Virus record (IMG/VR): IMGVR_UViG_3300028577_000007 | Length of the DNA: 64,000 bases | DNA from: an uncultured virus (IMG/VR IMGVR_UViG_3300028577_000007) | Taxonomy: Duplodnaviria; Heunggongvirae; Uroviricota; Caudoviricetes | Reading direction: 5' to 3' (one strand) | Shown: piece after piece, positions 28,180 to 37,095 of the stretch | Layout: the number at the start of each line of letters is the position of its first letter | Position numbering within the stretch: position 1 is the first letter of the stretch | Program-made: the position numbers and the translations under genes | The notes under the pieces: model-generated | The model's database searches: none | Seen by the model: the letters and a program-made list of their open reading frames with translations, nothing else | What the model was told of the DNA's origin: nothing

Positions 28180-28884
28180 TTAGCCCTTCTTCCGCATCGC
28201 GAGGTAGAGCGCTCCGCCGCCCACGACGACGGCCGCGAGCAGCCCCCAGTGACTGAAGCCGCCGGCCGCTGTGGCCGAAGCGGTGAGAACGCCGCCCGGG
28301 AGAGCATTTCCCGACGGAGGAGCCGAGGCCGATCCAGAGGCAGAGCAGTAGCTCACGGCTACGCTGCCCCAAGCGCCCGTCGTCGCTTGACGCGGCACCT
28401 GCACGACGACGCGCGTGCCTGAGGGGCACGGCACTGGAGCCACGCACGGGCGCGTATTGGTCACGGCGCATTGGGTCTTGTCGCCCGCGTTGCAGGCGAG
28501 CTGAGCCGCGTACCACGCGCTCCCTTCCAGGCACGAGCTGCAGCTGCACTTGGACCAGTCCATCTGCTGACCCGCCGGCACGAACGGACACGATCGGATC
28601 TGACCCGCGGGGCACACCAAGGGCGGCGCGTTCGAGGGGGTCTGGGGGCACGGGGTCTGAGCCGCCAGGTAGCAAGGATCGCTCGTGTCGACCGCTGACG
28701 TGTTGATGGTGGCGGGGAGAGGCGCGCCGGTTTCGATCAGGACTTGGTTCGCGGTGAGGCCGGTTGCGCCGAGGCCGCGGAGGCCTGCGAGCACGTAGCC
28801 GAAGCCCTTCACGGAGAGCGGGTTATTCTTGGCGTTGCAAGCCACCCTGTACTGAAACCACTGGTCATAAGGGATGCAGGTCAT
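28180..28884 (-). CDS. Cys-rich tail-anchored protein, paralog B (LRGLG)
   Basis: Shared Cys domain; TM plus RKKG. Confidence 0.7.
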   Translation of the reverse strand: MTCIPYDQWFQYRVACNAKNNPLSVKGFGYVLAGLRGLGATGLTANQVLIETGAPLPATINTSAVDTSDPCYLAAQTPCPQTPSNAPPLVCPAGQIRSCPFVPAGQQMDWSKCSCSSCLEGSAWYAAQLACNAGDKTQCAVTNTRPCVAPVPCPSGTRVVVQVPRQATTGAWGSVAVSYCSASGSASAPPSGNALPGGVLTASATAAGGFSHWGLLAAVVVGGGALYLAMRKKG

Positions 28885-28893
28885 CTGACTTCC

Positions 28894-29706
28894 TTAGGCG
28901 GCCGCTTTCGGTTTCTTGAGCGTGCGGTAGAGGGCGTAGCCGCCAGCGGCGAGCACGACGACGATGAGTCCGTTCGAGAGAAGCCCGCCGCTCTTCGTGG
29001 AGCTCGCGGCAGGAGGCGGAGCGCTCGGGGTGGGATCAGACGGGATACTCTGAGGGGCCGTGTTCAGGACGGGAGGAGCGCTCGATGCCGCCGGCGGCGT
29101 GGGCGGCATGGGCTCGGGGCGAAGCGGCGCGGGCGGCGCCACCGCGAACGTGAGCGGAGTCGGCGGGAGCGGCTTCGGTCGAAGCGCGGGCGGGAGCGGT
29201 AGATCGGCGAAGCACACCGGCAAGAGCGCGAGCGCGCAAGCGGACCCCGTGGGATCTGCGCCGAGGCCTTTCACCGGCGCCGATAGGTAGCTGCACGTCG
29301 CAGCCCAGGCATTGTGCTGCGCCTGCGAGACGCAGCCAGCGTAACCCGCAGGAGTGACTGCTCCCGCGGCGCGCGCTTGCGCGTTGGCCGCATCGAGCGC
29401 GCGTTGATTCACGAGCTGCTGACGCTGACGCGCAACGATCGCGCCAGCGTACGCCGCGTAGTCGATGTTCCATTGCGCGAGATCTGCTTGATAGGCAGCC
29501 GTCGCAGCGGCGTTGGTCGACGACACGCCCGCGCTCTGCGCTGCATAGGCCTGCACCGCCTTGTCGTGCGCGGCTTTTTCCTGCAGCCACTGATCGTGGT
29601 TCTCGTGGTACGCCTGCACCGCAGCGTCGTACGCCGCGTCACCCAAGCCACGGAGCGCGTAGCGCCCGAGGCCCGCAATCTTTCCTGAATAGGCCTGGAC
29701 GTACAT
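28894..29706 (-). CDS. Tail-anchored helical/Pro-rich protein (three GLG motifs)
   Basis: Start ATG 29706; IAGLG, LRGLG, VKGLG; TM plus KKPK. Confidence 0.7.
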   Translation of the reverse strand: MYVQAYSGKIAGLGRYALRGLGDAAYDAAVQAYHENHDQWLQEKAAHDKAVQAYAAQSAGVSSTNAAATAAYQADLAQWNIDYAAYAGAIVARQRQQLVNQRALDAANAQARAAGAVTPAGYAGCVSQAQHNAWAATCSYLSAPVKGLGADPTGSACALALLPVCFADLPLPPALRPKPLPPTPLTFAVAPPAPLRPEPMPPTPPAASSAPPVLNTAPQSIPSDPTPSAPPPAASSTKSGGLLSNGLIVVVLAAGGYALYRTLKKPKAAA

Positions 29707-30239
29707 CAGTCGATTCTCCAAATCTTGTAAGTCGTCACGCGCTTCAGCATCGACGCCTCGTCGGTGCCAGCGACCGGATCGCAGATGATCCACTGGCCGC
29801 TCTTCGGCTCGAGCACACGCGCGAACACGTGCGCGAACGAATTGGGGCGGCCGAAGCCCACCGTCACGTATTCGATCTCGCGACCGAGCTGTCTCGAGAG
29901 CGTACCAATGAGGAGCGCGATCTCGTCGCAGTCCGCGACCGCTCGACCCTGCTGCACGATCTCTTGCGCCATGCGCTCGGGGTCCTGCACCTGCTCGACG
30001 GCTAGAGCGTCGTTCGAGTACTTGACCTTTTCCGCGACGAAATTTCGGACAGCCAAGATCTCCGAGAGGTAGTCCTTGGGGGCAACGTCCCTCACGATAT
30101 GGTCCTTCAGCGACCGCACGAGCGTCGATTGCTCACCCCTCGGTCCAACCGTCATGCTCACCATGAGCGAAATGGTGTCCCCCGGGCCGCGAAATGGCCG
30201 GATCGTGGTCGGTTGCGTGGAAGCGATGGCAGCGGGCAT
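29706..30239 (-). CDS. Transglutaminase-like (Cys-His-Asp) protease, candidate virion maturation protease
   Basis: ADCDEIALL (Cys), AHVFARV (His), WIICDP (Asp); first gene of the virion operon. Confidence 0.78.
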   Translation of the reverse strand: MPAAIASTQPTTIRPFRGPGDTISLMVSMTVGPRGEQSTLVRSLKDHIVRDVAPKDYLSEILAVRNFVAEKVKYSNDALAVEQVQDPERMAQEIVQQGRAVADCDEIALLIGTLSRQLGREIEYVTVGFGRPNSFAHVFARVLEPKSGQWIICDPVAGTDEASMLKRVTTYKIWRID

Positions 30240-30300
30240 AGGTCGGCCTACGCAGACCTGCCTAATTCGCGGAAAGACGCCCGAACAGTCTGTGAGAACC

Positions 30301-30336
30301 AGCCTACCTGCTAGGGGCTAGCTCTCGCAACTTTTC
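30301..30336 (-). promoter_or_regulatory. Sigma70-like promoter of virion operon (GAAAAG TTGCGA-N18-TAGGCT)
   Basis: -35 at 30325-30330, -10 at 30301-30306; tctcgcaacttttc is identical to 8630-8643. Confidence 0.65.
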
Positions 30337-30526
30337 GGGGCTGCGGCGCGAGCGGCGCGGTAGCGCTCAAAACCCCGGAGGCGCTCGCAGTAGCAGAAAA
30401 GATGCCCTATTGGCACCGTGACCGACCAGTCTAAGCCGATGAGCGAGGCCCCGGGAGGTCGCGCTATTGGCGCCTCTCGCAAACCGTGCTCTAAGTAGAC
30501 GGGATCGTTCTCTGACAACTGAACCA
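30331..30526 (+). promoter_or_regulatory. CRISPR leader 1
   Basis: Homologous to about 59793-59983; repeat-proximal ~55 nt nearly identical; GCGAGCG/CGCTCGC inverted motifs. Confidence 0.85.
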
Positions 30527-31441
30527 GTGCAAAGGGAGCCCGGGCCCGATGGAAGCCGGGACAACGAATTTATGGCCTGGCTCGGCGTGCGGCGCTGGCG
30601 TGCAAAGGGAGCCCGGGCCCGATGGAAGCCGGGACTGTAGCAACCCGACCGCTGCCGCCGTGTCTCCGATTGGTGCAAAGGGAGCCCGGGCCCGATGGAA
30701 GCCGGGACTTGTGGCGCTGGTAGCTGCCCCACGCTCGGCGGGAAGTGCAAAGGGAGCCCGGGCCCGATGGAAGCCGGGACCGATCGGCGACCGACGCTGC
30801 CACCAGTCGAGCGCAAGTGCAAAGGGAGCCCGGGCCCGATGGAAGCCGGGACGCGATTGCAGCCGCGAGCTCGTGCCGATCCGTCTGCTGTGCAAAGGGA
30901 GCCCGGGCCCGATGGAAGCCGGGACCACAGCAACGCCGCCATCGAAGTTTCGGTGACTCATTGTGCAAAGGGAGCCCGGGCCCGATGGAAGCCGGGACGA
31001 CGTTCCCAACCGAAGGGCGCACCTTCGCGTTCCAGCAAGTGCAAAGGGAGCCCGGGCCCGATGGAAGCCGGGACCCACGCTATTGCCGCGCCCCACGTCT
31101 CTCACCGTTCCATGTGCAAAGGGAGCCCGGGCCCGATGGAAGCCGGGACTTGCGCGATGCGCGCCGGTTCACCCGCCCACCCGAGTGCAAAGGGAGCCCG
31201 GGCCCGATGGAAGCCGGGACATCACCCCGGCGATGGCCAAGGGGGGCTGGGACGTGCCGGTGCAAAGGGAGCCCGGGCCCGATGGAAGCCGGGACGATCT
31301 TGTGCAGCTGGCGCTGGCACAGCCAGGTTTGGTGCAAAGGGAGCCCGGGCCCGATGGAAACCGGGACGAGTCGTTGCTAGCCGCCGGGCAGACCCAAGCC
31401 ACGCTGTGCAAAGGGAGCCCGGACCCGATGGAAGCCGGGAC
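30527..31441 (+). CRISPR. CRISPR array 1: 13 repeats, 12 spacers (35-40 nt), no adjacent cas genes
   Basis: Repeat GTGCAAAGGGAGCCCGGGCCCGATGGAAGCCGGGAC; last two copies carry single changes, marking the trailer end. Confidence 0.97.
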
Positions 31442-31452
31442 CAAAAGTGCTC

Positions 31453-34161
31453 TTACCCTGCGACCTTTTTCTTCAACTCATCGAACAGCGCTCGCAAGTA
31501 CTTCTTACCGTCTCGCCGCAGAAACGGCGAGCTCGGATCTCCCGTGCGGGTGATCGCCAAGATCACGCGCTCTGGATCCATGTTTTGAACTAGCCCCGTC
31601 ACCTGCTCGCGCCCGAGCTCCGCGAACATGTGCTCGGCGACGAACGCCGGTGAGACGCCTGCCGTGTACTGCGGGAGCAGCACCTGCTCGGCCTGCAAGA
31701 TCTGGCGGTCGACCGCGGTGTCCGCCGGATCGACGCTAGCCGCTGCGACCGGAGGCGAGGACGGCGGCGCGACCTGAATCTGAGTCGGCGGCGGAGGCGG
31801 GACCGATGGGCGCATCTGGGGCTCGGGCGGCATCCCCGTGTGCCCCGGGAACGGCGCGGGCGCCATCGACACCTGACTCTCGTAGATCGGCGCCGGCATC
31901 GGCAGCGGCTCAGGAGAAGGCTGAAACGCGGGCGCCTGCTGCTGCTGGTACAACGCGGGAGAAATCGGCTCTCCCGACGGGCCCATCGGCATAGGCGAGA
32001 CCTCGGACATGTGTCGAGGGACGTAGCCCCCCGGAGCGCCGAGCGCCGGCGCGCGCCGGCGCGCGTGCGGGGGCGGGAGCTGGAGTCCCTGACCCGCTTG
32101 ATCGACCATGTCTTGTCGACCCTGGAGCCGCGCCTGCTGCAGTTCCTGCGCGCTTCTCGCCTTGAACATCCCGCCAATGTTTTCGATGATGGCGGGGAGA
32201 TTCTGGACGACGCCCATGCCCGTCTTCATCAGCATCTGCGGCACGGTCTCGGGCTCGGTAGGAGACTCCCCGGCCTCCACCATGCCGAGCTCGGCTGCGT
32301 CCTCTTTCAGCTTCCGCATGCGCCCGACTACGTCTTTACCGCTCTCGGCCTCTTGCTTCCAGCGATCGACCTCGGAGAGCGTGCGCTTGACTTCACCGCG
32401 AGCAGTCTCGAGCCGCATGTCGTAGCTGTTCTTGAGGGAGTCGAGCGCCATCGCGTGCTGGGCCTTCAGCGCGTTCATGTCGCGCTCGTGATTGCGCGCC
32501 TCGGCGGTCATCGCGGCCGAGTGCTGAGCCGTGAGCATCGCGACCGCGTCGGTGTGCTGGCGGTGCATGTCGTTCACTCGGCGGTCGGCTTCTTCTTTGA
32601 TGCGGCTCACCTCCCGATCGCTGCGATCTCGGATCTCGCGCTCGGAGTCGGCCGCGCGCTTTTCGATTTCTCGGATGCGCTCGGCGACGCGACCCGCGGC
32701 CTCTTCGATGCGCAGATCTGCGCGCTTCTGCTCTTCCCGTACTCGATCCGCGGCGCGCTCGGTGTCGGCCTTAGCGGAGGCTTGCACCCGCTCGAGCTCG
32801 CGCGCGTGTTGCTCGCGGAGCATCTCGGAATTGTCAGGCTTACTGATGATGGTCGAGAGGCGATGGAGCTTCTCGAGATCGTCGGGCTGCTTTTTTTCTT
32901 CTAGCAACGCCTTGATTCGCTCTTCGCTCGCGCGTCGCTCGGACGCGAACCGCTCTTCCCATTTGGCGTCGTTCGCGCGGCGCTCTTCGGCGATCTCGCG
33001 CTCGCGCTGGACCTGAGCCTCACGGAGATCCGCTTCGCGTTCCGCGGCCTTGTCCTGAAGCTCCATGAATTTGCCGAGCAGATCAGACTCGGCGCGAGCC
33101 TTCTCTTTCAGAGCTGCCTCAGCGCGACTGCGTTCGCGATCGACTTGAGTCTCTTGCCGGATCTCGCGCGCTGCGTCGACCGAGAGGCGTTCTTTTTCGA
33201 TCTGCGCGTCCGCCATCGAAGCCGGGCCCCGGCGACCTGCGAGGTTTGGAAAATTGGGAGATGCCGTCATAGGGTCCTCGACATTGTAATCTTCACTTTC
33301 GGAACTGGGAACGCCCGGAAACACGACCGTGATGGGCTCGGTCATCTTGACCGCAGCGACACGGCCATCTGCTTGCATCACGCCGCCGCGCTTGGGTGGA
33401 CCGTACACCGTGAGCTTGTAGGTGCCGCCCCCGTAGATGTCCTGCCAATCAGCAAGCGTTAGGGGGCTCGTGATGGGGCGCTGGTAGCCGGCGACCTTGC
33501 GGCCCAAGTATATCTTCGGCTCTTTGCGATCGACCAGGATCCACCAATTCACGCCGTCGAGCAGCGGGAACAAGCTGAACAAGTCGAACAGCGTCGTTGG
33601 CTGACCCTTGCCAGCCAAGAAATCATCGGGGGCATCCTCGAGCCCCACGACAGGGCTCACCGTAAGCGTGCCCGGACGCTTGGCGGCGTCGGCCTCAGGA
33701 TGAGGGACCGCCACTGCGCCGTCGGTCATGATTTCGATCCGGCGGGCCATCTCGTCGACCTTCGCTTGCGCGGCAGCGTTCGCGGCAGCGTCAGCCTTCG
33801 CCTGCGCGGCGGCGCGGGCGGCGGCGTCGGTCTCCGCTTGCGCGGCGGCGGCGTCCGCGTCGGCCTCGGCGGTCATGACTTCGATCCGGTTGGCCATGCC
33901 GATCGGCGACTCGGTCGGCTCGGTGGAGGCCCCGAGCTTACGAATGAAGTCGACGTTCTCCTGGATCGCCAAGGCCACCTCGGGCTCGAGGTGCTTTCTG
34001 GCAACCTCGTCGAGAGAACGAGGGCTCTCCTCGTCGACACGAGCCACCCGAGTCAGTCTCTCCCCCCCATGATCGATCGTGTGGGACAAGTCCGGCACGA
34101 GGCGACGCTTGCGCCGAGATTCATCGCTCGGAGGCTGGGGGGGAGAGACGGGATCGGTCAT
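31453..34161 (-). CDS. 902-aa coiled-coil protein with Pro-rich C-terminal region
   Basis: Long E/R/A heptad region; YGGGTYKL domain; Pro-rich linker. Confidence 0.75.
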   Translation of the reverse strand: MTDPVSPPQPPSDESRRKRRLVPDLSHTIDHGGERLTRVARVDEESPRSLDEVARKHLEPEVALAIQENVDFIRKLGASTEPTESPIGMANRIEVMTAEADADAAAAQAETDAAARAAAQAKADAAANAAAQAKVDEMARRIEIMTDGAVAVPHPEADAAKRPGTLTVSPVVGLEDAPDDFLAGKGQPTTLFDLFSLFPLLDGVNWWILVDRKEPKIYLGRKVAGYQRPITSPLTLADWQDIYGGGTYKLTVYGPPKRGGVMQADGRVAAVKMTEPITVVFPGVPSSESEDYNVEDPMTASPNFPNLAGRRGPASMADAQIEKERLSVDAAREIRQETQVDRERSRAEAALKEKARAESDLLGKFMELQDKAAEREADLREAQVQREREIAEERRANDAKWEERFASERRASEERIKALLEEKKQPDDLEKLHRLSTIISKPDNSEMLREQHARELERVQASAKADTERAADRVREEQKRADLRIEEAAGRVAERIREIEKRAADSEREIRDRSDREVSRIKEEADRRVNDMHRQHTDAVAMLTAQHSAAMTAEARNHERDMNALKAQHAMALDSLKNSYDMRLETARGEVKRTLSEVDRWKQEAESGKDVVGRMRKLKEDAAELGMVEAGESPTEPETVPQMLMKTGMGVVQNLPAIIENIGGMFKARSAQELQQARLQGRQDMVDQAGQGLQLPPPHARRRAPALGAPGGYVPRHMSEVSPMPMGPSGEPISPALYQQQQAPAFQPSPEPLPMPAPIYESQVSMAPAPFPGHTGMPPEPQMRPSVPPPPPTQIQVAPPSSPPVAAASVDPADTAVDRQILQAEQVLLPQYTAGVSPAFVAEHMFAELGREQVTGLVQNMDPERVILAITRTGDPSSPFLRRDGKKYLRALFDELKKKVAG

Positions 34162-34640
34162 CAGTGCGCCTGAGCCTCGTCGTCGTCTTCCTCGTCTGTC
34201 TCCTCCGCGGTCGCCTCGTCAATGAACGCCACCGCTTCGGCCGCTTGCTGCTTCAAGGTCGCGAGGAGCGCCTCGTCATCAGGGGACGAAGCCGCACGAA
34301 GATTTTGCGCAAGCACGAGGATCACGCCCTTCAGCTTCGCTGCGTCCTCGGGCAAGATCGTCGTGCCGTCCATTCCCTTCAGCTCGTCGAGGTCGTCGTC
34401 GACTTGGGCCGCCCACTCGAAGTGCTCGAAGTGAGCCTGGAAGGCGTACTGCGACACGTCGGCCATGATCGAGAACAGCTCCCCCACCTCGACGGCGAGC
34501 GCGTTCGGGTCGGCGAGCGCGCCCGCCGCGAGCTTCTTCTTGAACGCCTCATAGGCGCCCGAGGCGTCGTCGGCGAGACCCTTCAGGAGGTGGAGTACGT
34601 CGTCGGCTTCTGCTTCTTCTGCGGTGATCTTAGGCGGCAT
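34161..34640 (-). CDS. Acidic helical hypothetical protein
   Basis: 159 aa, D/E-rich. Confidence 0.65.
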   Translation of the reverse strand: MPPKITAEEAEADDVLHLLKGLADDASGAYEAFKKKLAAGALADPNALAVEVGELFSIMADVSQYAFQAHFEHFEWAAQVDDDLDELKGMDGTTILPEDAAKLKGVILVLAQNLRAASSPDDEALLATLKQQAAEAVAFIDEATAEETDEEDDDEAQAH

Positions 34641-34646
34641 CTCTCT

Positions 34647-35408
34647 TCATCCTTTGGGGTTACTACCGAGCACGCCAAGCGAGCCCGATGAATCTTCTGC
34701 GGCAAGGGCCGCGTCTACGTCGAAGAGCCCGGCTTGGATCTTCTCGTTTGCCTGCTGCACCTTCAACTGATCGAAGTCGTCGAGAATGCGCTCGGACTCG
34801 ATATGCCGGGGAGAGCGCAAGCTGCAGGCGTAGATCGCGGAGTCGCCGACCGAGTAGTACTCGCCCGTCTCCGAGCGCTGCGCCATGCAGGAGCGCATCA
34901 GGTAGCGCCTCGATCGATCGGCCGAGATGTCGGTCTGCATGCGAGCGTAGTGCGCGCAAGCGGGACGGAGCGGCTCGACGGCAATGACGAGAGTCTTCTC
35001 TCCCGCGACCGCGACATGATACAGCCTCGGGAGGTTCAGCACGGACCTGATCCGGGCTACGAAGCCCGACCAGCCGAGCGAGGTCGAGATCTTGCGGTTC
35101 GCGTTCACGGAGCGCATGAGCGCCTTCGGCTCCACGTAGTACGAGCCGCCTGCGGAGCGCTTGACCTCGCTCGGCTCGAACACCACCCAGACCGATCCGT
35201 CAGGATTTCGGATCACGAAGGAGCTCTTGTCCTCCATGCACACGAGCGTGTCGACCGCAAGGGGCGGGGGGCGGTCCTCGTTGTCGGGCGACGCCGGGAC
35301 GGGCATGCGGTCATTCGGATCGATCGAGAACGTAACCGGCACTTCCGAGCCCTGATGCAGCTCTTCGCTCGGCTTCGGGGCCGTGAATTTGCCAAAATCG
35401 TCGGACAT
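34647..35408 (-). CDS. Hypothetical protein with Cys cluster
   Basis: 253-aa ORF in operon. Confidence 0.6.
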   Translation of the reverse strand: MSDDFGKFTAPKPSEELHQGSEVPVTFSIDPNDRMPVPASPDNEDRPPPLAVDTLVCMEDKSSFVIRNPDGSVWVVFEPSEVKRSAGGSYYVEPKALMRSVNANRKISTSLGWSGFVARIRSVLNLPRLYHVAVAGEKTLVIAVEPLRPACAHYARMQTDISADRSRRYLMRSCMAQRSETGEYYSVGDSAIYACSLRSPRHIESERILDDFDQLKVQQANEKIQAGLFDVDAALAAEDSSGSLGVLGSNPKG

Positions 35409-35409
35409 T

Positions 35410-35913
35410 TCAGCCCTGATCTCCTGTCCCTGCCGAAGAACCCGGCTGATTTGCGGGAGAAACGGCGCGGTGGACAGCGGGTGTCCCTAACCTATCCAAC
35501 ACCGGGGTAACGTGCCGTTCCAGGTACAGCGCCTGGGTCTCCCGGATGACCGGGGGGAGCTCGACGCTCACCCCCGCCCCCGACAGCTTTCGTTCCAGCA
35601 TCTCGATCGCGCCCATCATCATCGCCTGAGCGTTCCCGTGGGCGATGGCCTGCTCATCGTAGAGCCTGCCCCATTGGTCCCGCTGCTTGAGGGCTGAGGC
35701 GATGGCGTCGCGGTTCTCGAGCACGCGCCGCTCGGCGTCCTCGAGATCGAGAGTAGTGCGCTTGAGCTGCTCGGTCAGACGGCTGATTAGATCGGTGGTC
35801 CCCGCGAGCGCGAGAGCGGCGGCGGCCTCGCGCTTCAGCGCGGCGTATAGTTGCCAGCCAGCCAGAAGCAACGCGAGCATCGACGACGATGCAATAATTA
35901 CGCCTAGTACCAT
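35410..35913 (-). CDS. N-terminal TM plus coiled-coil protein
   Basis: 167 aa. Confidence 0.6.
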   Translation of the reverse strand: MVLGVIIASSSMLALLLAGWQLYAALKREAAAALALAGTTDLISRLTEQLKRTTLDLEDAERRVLENRDAIASALKQRDQWGRLYDEQAIAHGNAQAMMMGAIEMLERKLSGAGVSVELPPVIRETQALYLERHVTPVLDRLGTPAVHRAVSPANQPGSSAGTGDQG

Positions 35914-35954
35914 TTGGCCTCATGTTTCACGGGTAACAACAGTTTATTCACAAG

Positions 35955-36209
35955 TTAGTCCAGTGGTTGCTCGCGGATGGCCTTGCTCTCTTGCCTCAAT
36001 ATCGCCTGGCAGCGCTCTTCCATGCCCTCCTCGTGCTCCCATTCGCCGGGGACCACGATGCCCAGCGCGGAGTGCTCCGGGAATTCGATCACACTGAACA
36101 GCAACTCGGCGCTGTCTTCTCCTTCGGCCCCCACGATCAGGACGCTCCGCCCGTCCCGGAGCGCGCCGCGGGCGGCCTGCCGGAATGCCTGCTCTTCAGC
36201 GTCGGTCAT
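35955..36209 (-). CDS. Hypothetical protein
   Basis: 84 aa, ATGA overlap. Confidence 0.55.
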   Translation of the reverse strand: MTDAEEQAFRQAARGALRDGRSVLIVGAEGEDSAELLFSVIEFPEHSALGIVVPGEWEHEEGMEERCQAILRQESKAIREQPLD

Positions 36210-36736
36210 GGCGTCCCCTGAAAAGCCAAGGCCCCGGCGAGCCCGACAGCGACCGACAGCACCAATTTCGGGTCTTTCGTGTCGAGGGGCACGTCAATCA
36301 GCCGGTTACTGACCCGGAGCCAACTCTCGTTCTTGCGGGGCTTGAGCGCTGCCTGCATCTGGGTCTCGTCGAGGCTCGTCACGGGGAGGGAAAATCGATG
36401 CGCGAGGTGGGTGAGCATCACCCGGACGGCCGCGACGTGCTCTGGGGGCTCCCGCGAGCTACACGCTGGGCCAATGGCCAGCGCCGCCCGGGGCTTTGGG
36501 GCCCGCCCAAAAGGGACCAAGAACCGCTCGAAAATGACCTCCAAGATCAGATGATGCACATACGCCTTTTTGCTGATTCCTACCAGAGCTTTGAGGAACC
36601 CTGCATCATCTCGCCCTGGGAGCTTGGGGCCGAGGAGCACGTCTTTGTCGATGACGACGGCGGGGAGCGGCGGCTCGATGTCAAGCACGGAGTAGGTGAG
36701 CGCCTTCAGCCCCGGTGCGACACCGATGATGATCAC
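36206..36736 (-). CDS. RuvC-like resolvase fold with catalytic acids substituted
   Basis: MIIIGVAPG (canonical GIDPG), ALAIGP (canonical ..IE), C-terminal SVAVGL (canonical DA.A.A). Confidence 0.6.
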   Translation of the reverse strand: MIIIGVAPGLKALTYSVLDIEPPLPAVVIDKDVLLGPKLPGRDDAGFLKALVGISKKAYVHHLILEVIFERFLVPFGRAPKPRAALAIGPACSSREPPEHVAAVRVMLTHLAHRFSLPVTSLDETQMQAALKPRKNESWLRVSNRLIDVPLDTKDPKLVLSVAVGLAGALAFQGTP

Positions 36737-36804
36737 GTGGATCGTACGCCCGCCGGGGTCATGCTCGGGCGAAAGCGTAGCCCCGAGCAGCCTATGGCGT
36801 CAAC

Positions 36805-37095
36805 CTAGGAAGGCTGGCTATCGAGCAAGATCTCCACATCGACCCCATGATGTATCCCGTACTCGGAAATCTTGCGGAACGCCTCGCTGATCTGAGGGGG
36901 CAAACTGATCTCGTCAATAAACCTCGCAGCGTCAGCCTCGGCTTTTGGCATGTACAAGGCTAGGCACTCACGAATGCGTCCCCGAGCTTGCGGTAGCGTA
37001 CGTCCCTGCGTGTGGCATCCCGGAATGGTCGGAACGGACGCAACCCACCAACCGTCCCGGTCAAGCTCGTACCTCACCGCTAATTCCATCGTCAT
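36805..37095 (-). CDS. hicB: HicB-family antitoxin
   Basis: DGWWVASVPTIPGCHTQGRTLPQARGRIRECL. Confidence 0.88.
   Translation of the reverse strand: MTMELAVRYELDRDGWWVASVPTIPGCHTQGRTLPQARGRIRECLALYMPKAEADAARFIDEISLPPQISEAFRKISEYGIHHGVDVEILLDSQPS

Noticed and set aside
30367..31588. Multiple repetitive ORFs (VPASIGPGLPLH, CKGSPGPMEAGT)
   Set aside because: Translations of CRISPR array 1 repeats, not proteins
31453..34161. Tape-measure protein
   Set aside because: Charged coiled coil and Pro-rich tail, no neighbouring tail genes
36206..36736. RuvC-like ORF as a Cas12/TnpB effector for the arrays
   Set aside because: Only 176 aa, no Zn finger or split RuvC layout, catalytic residues missing, about 5 kb from the nearest array
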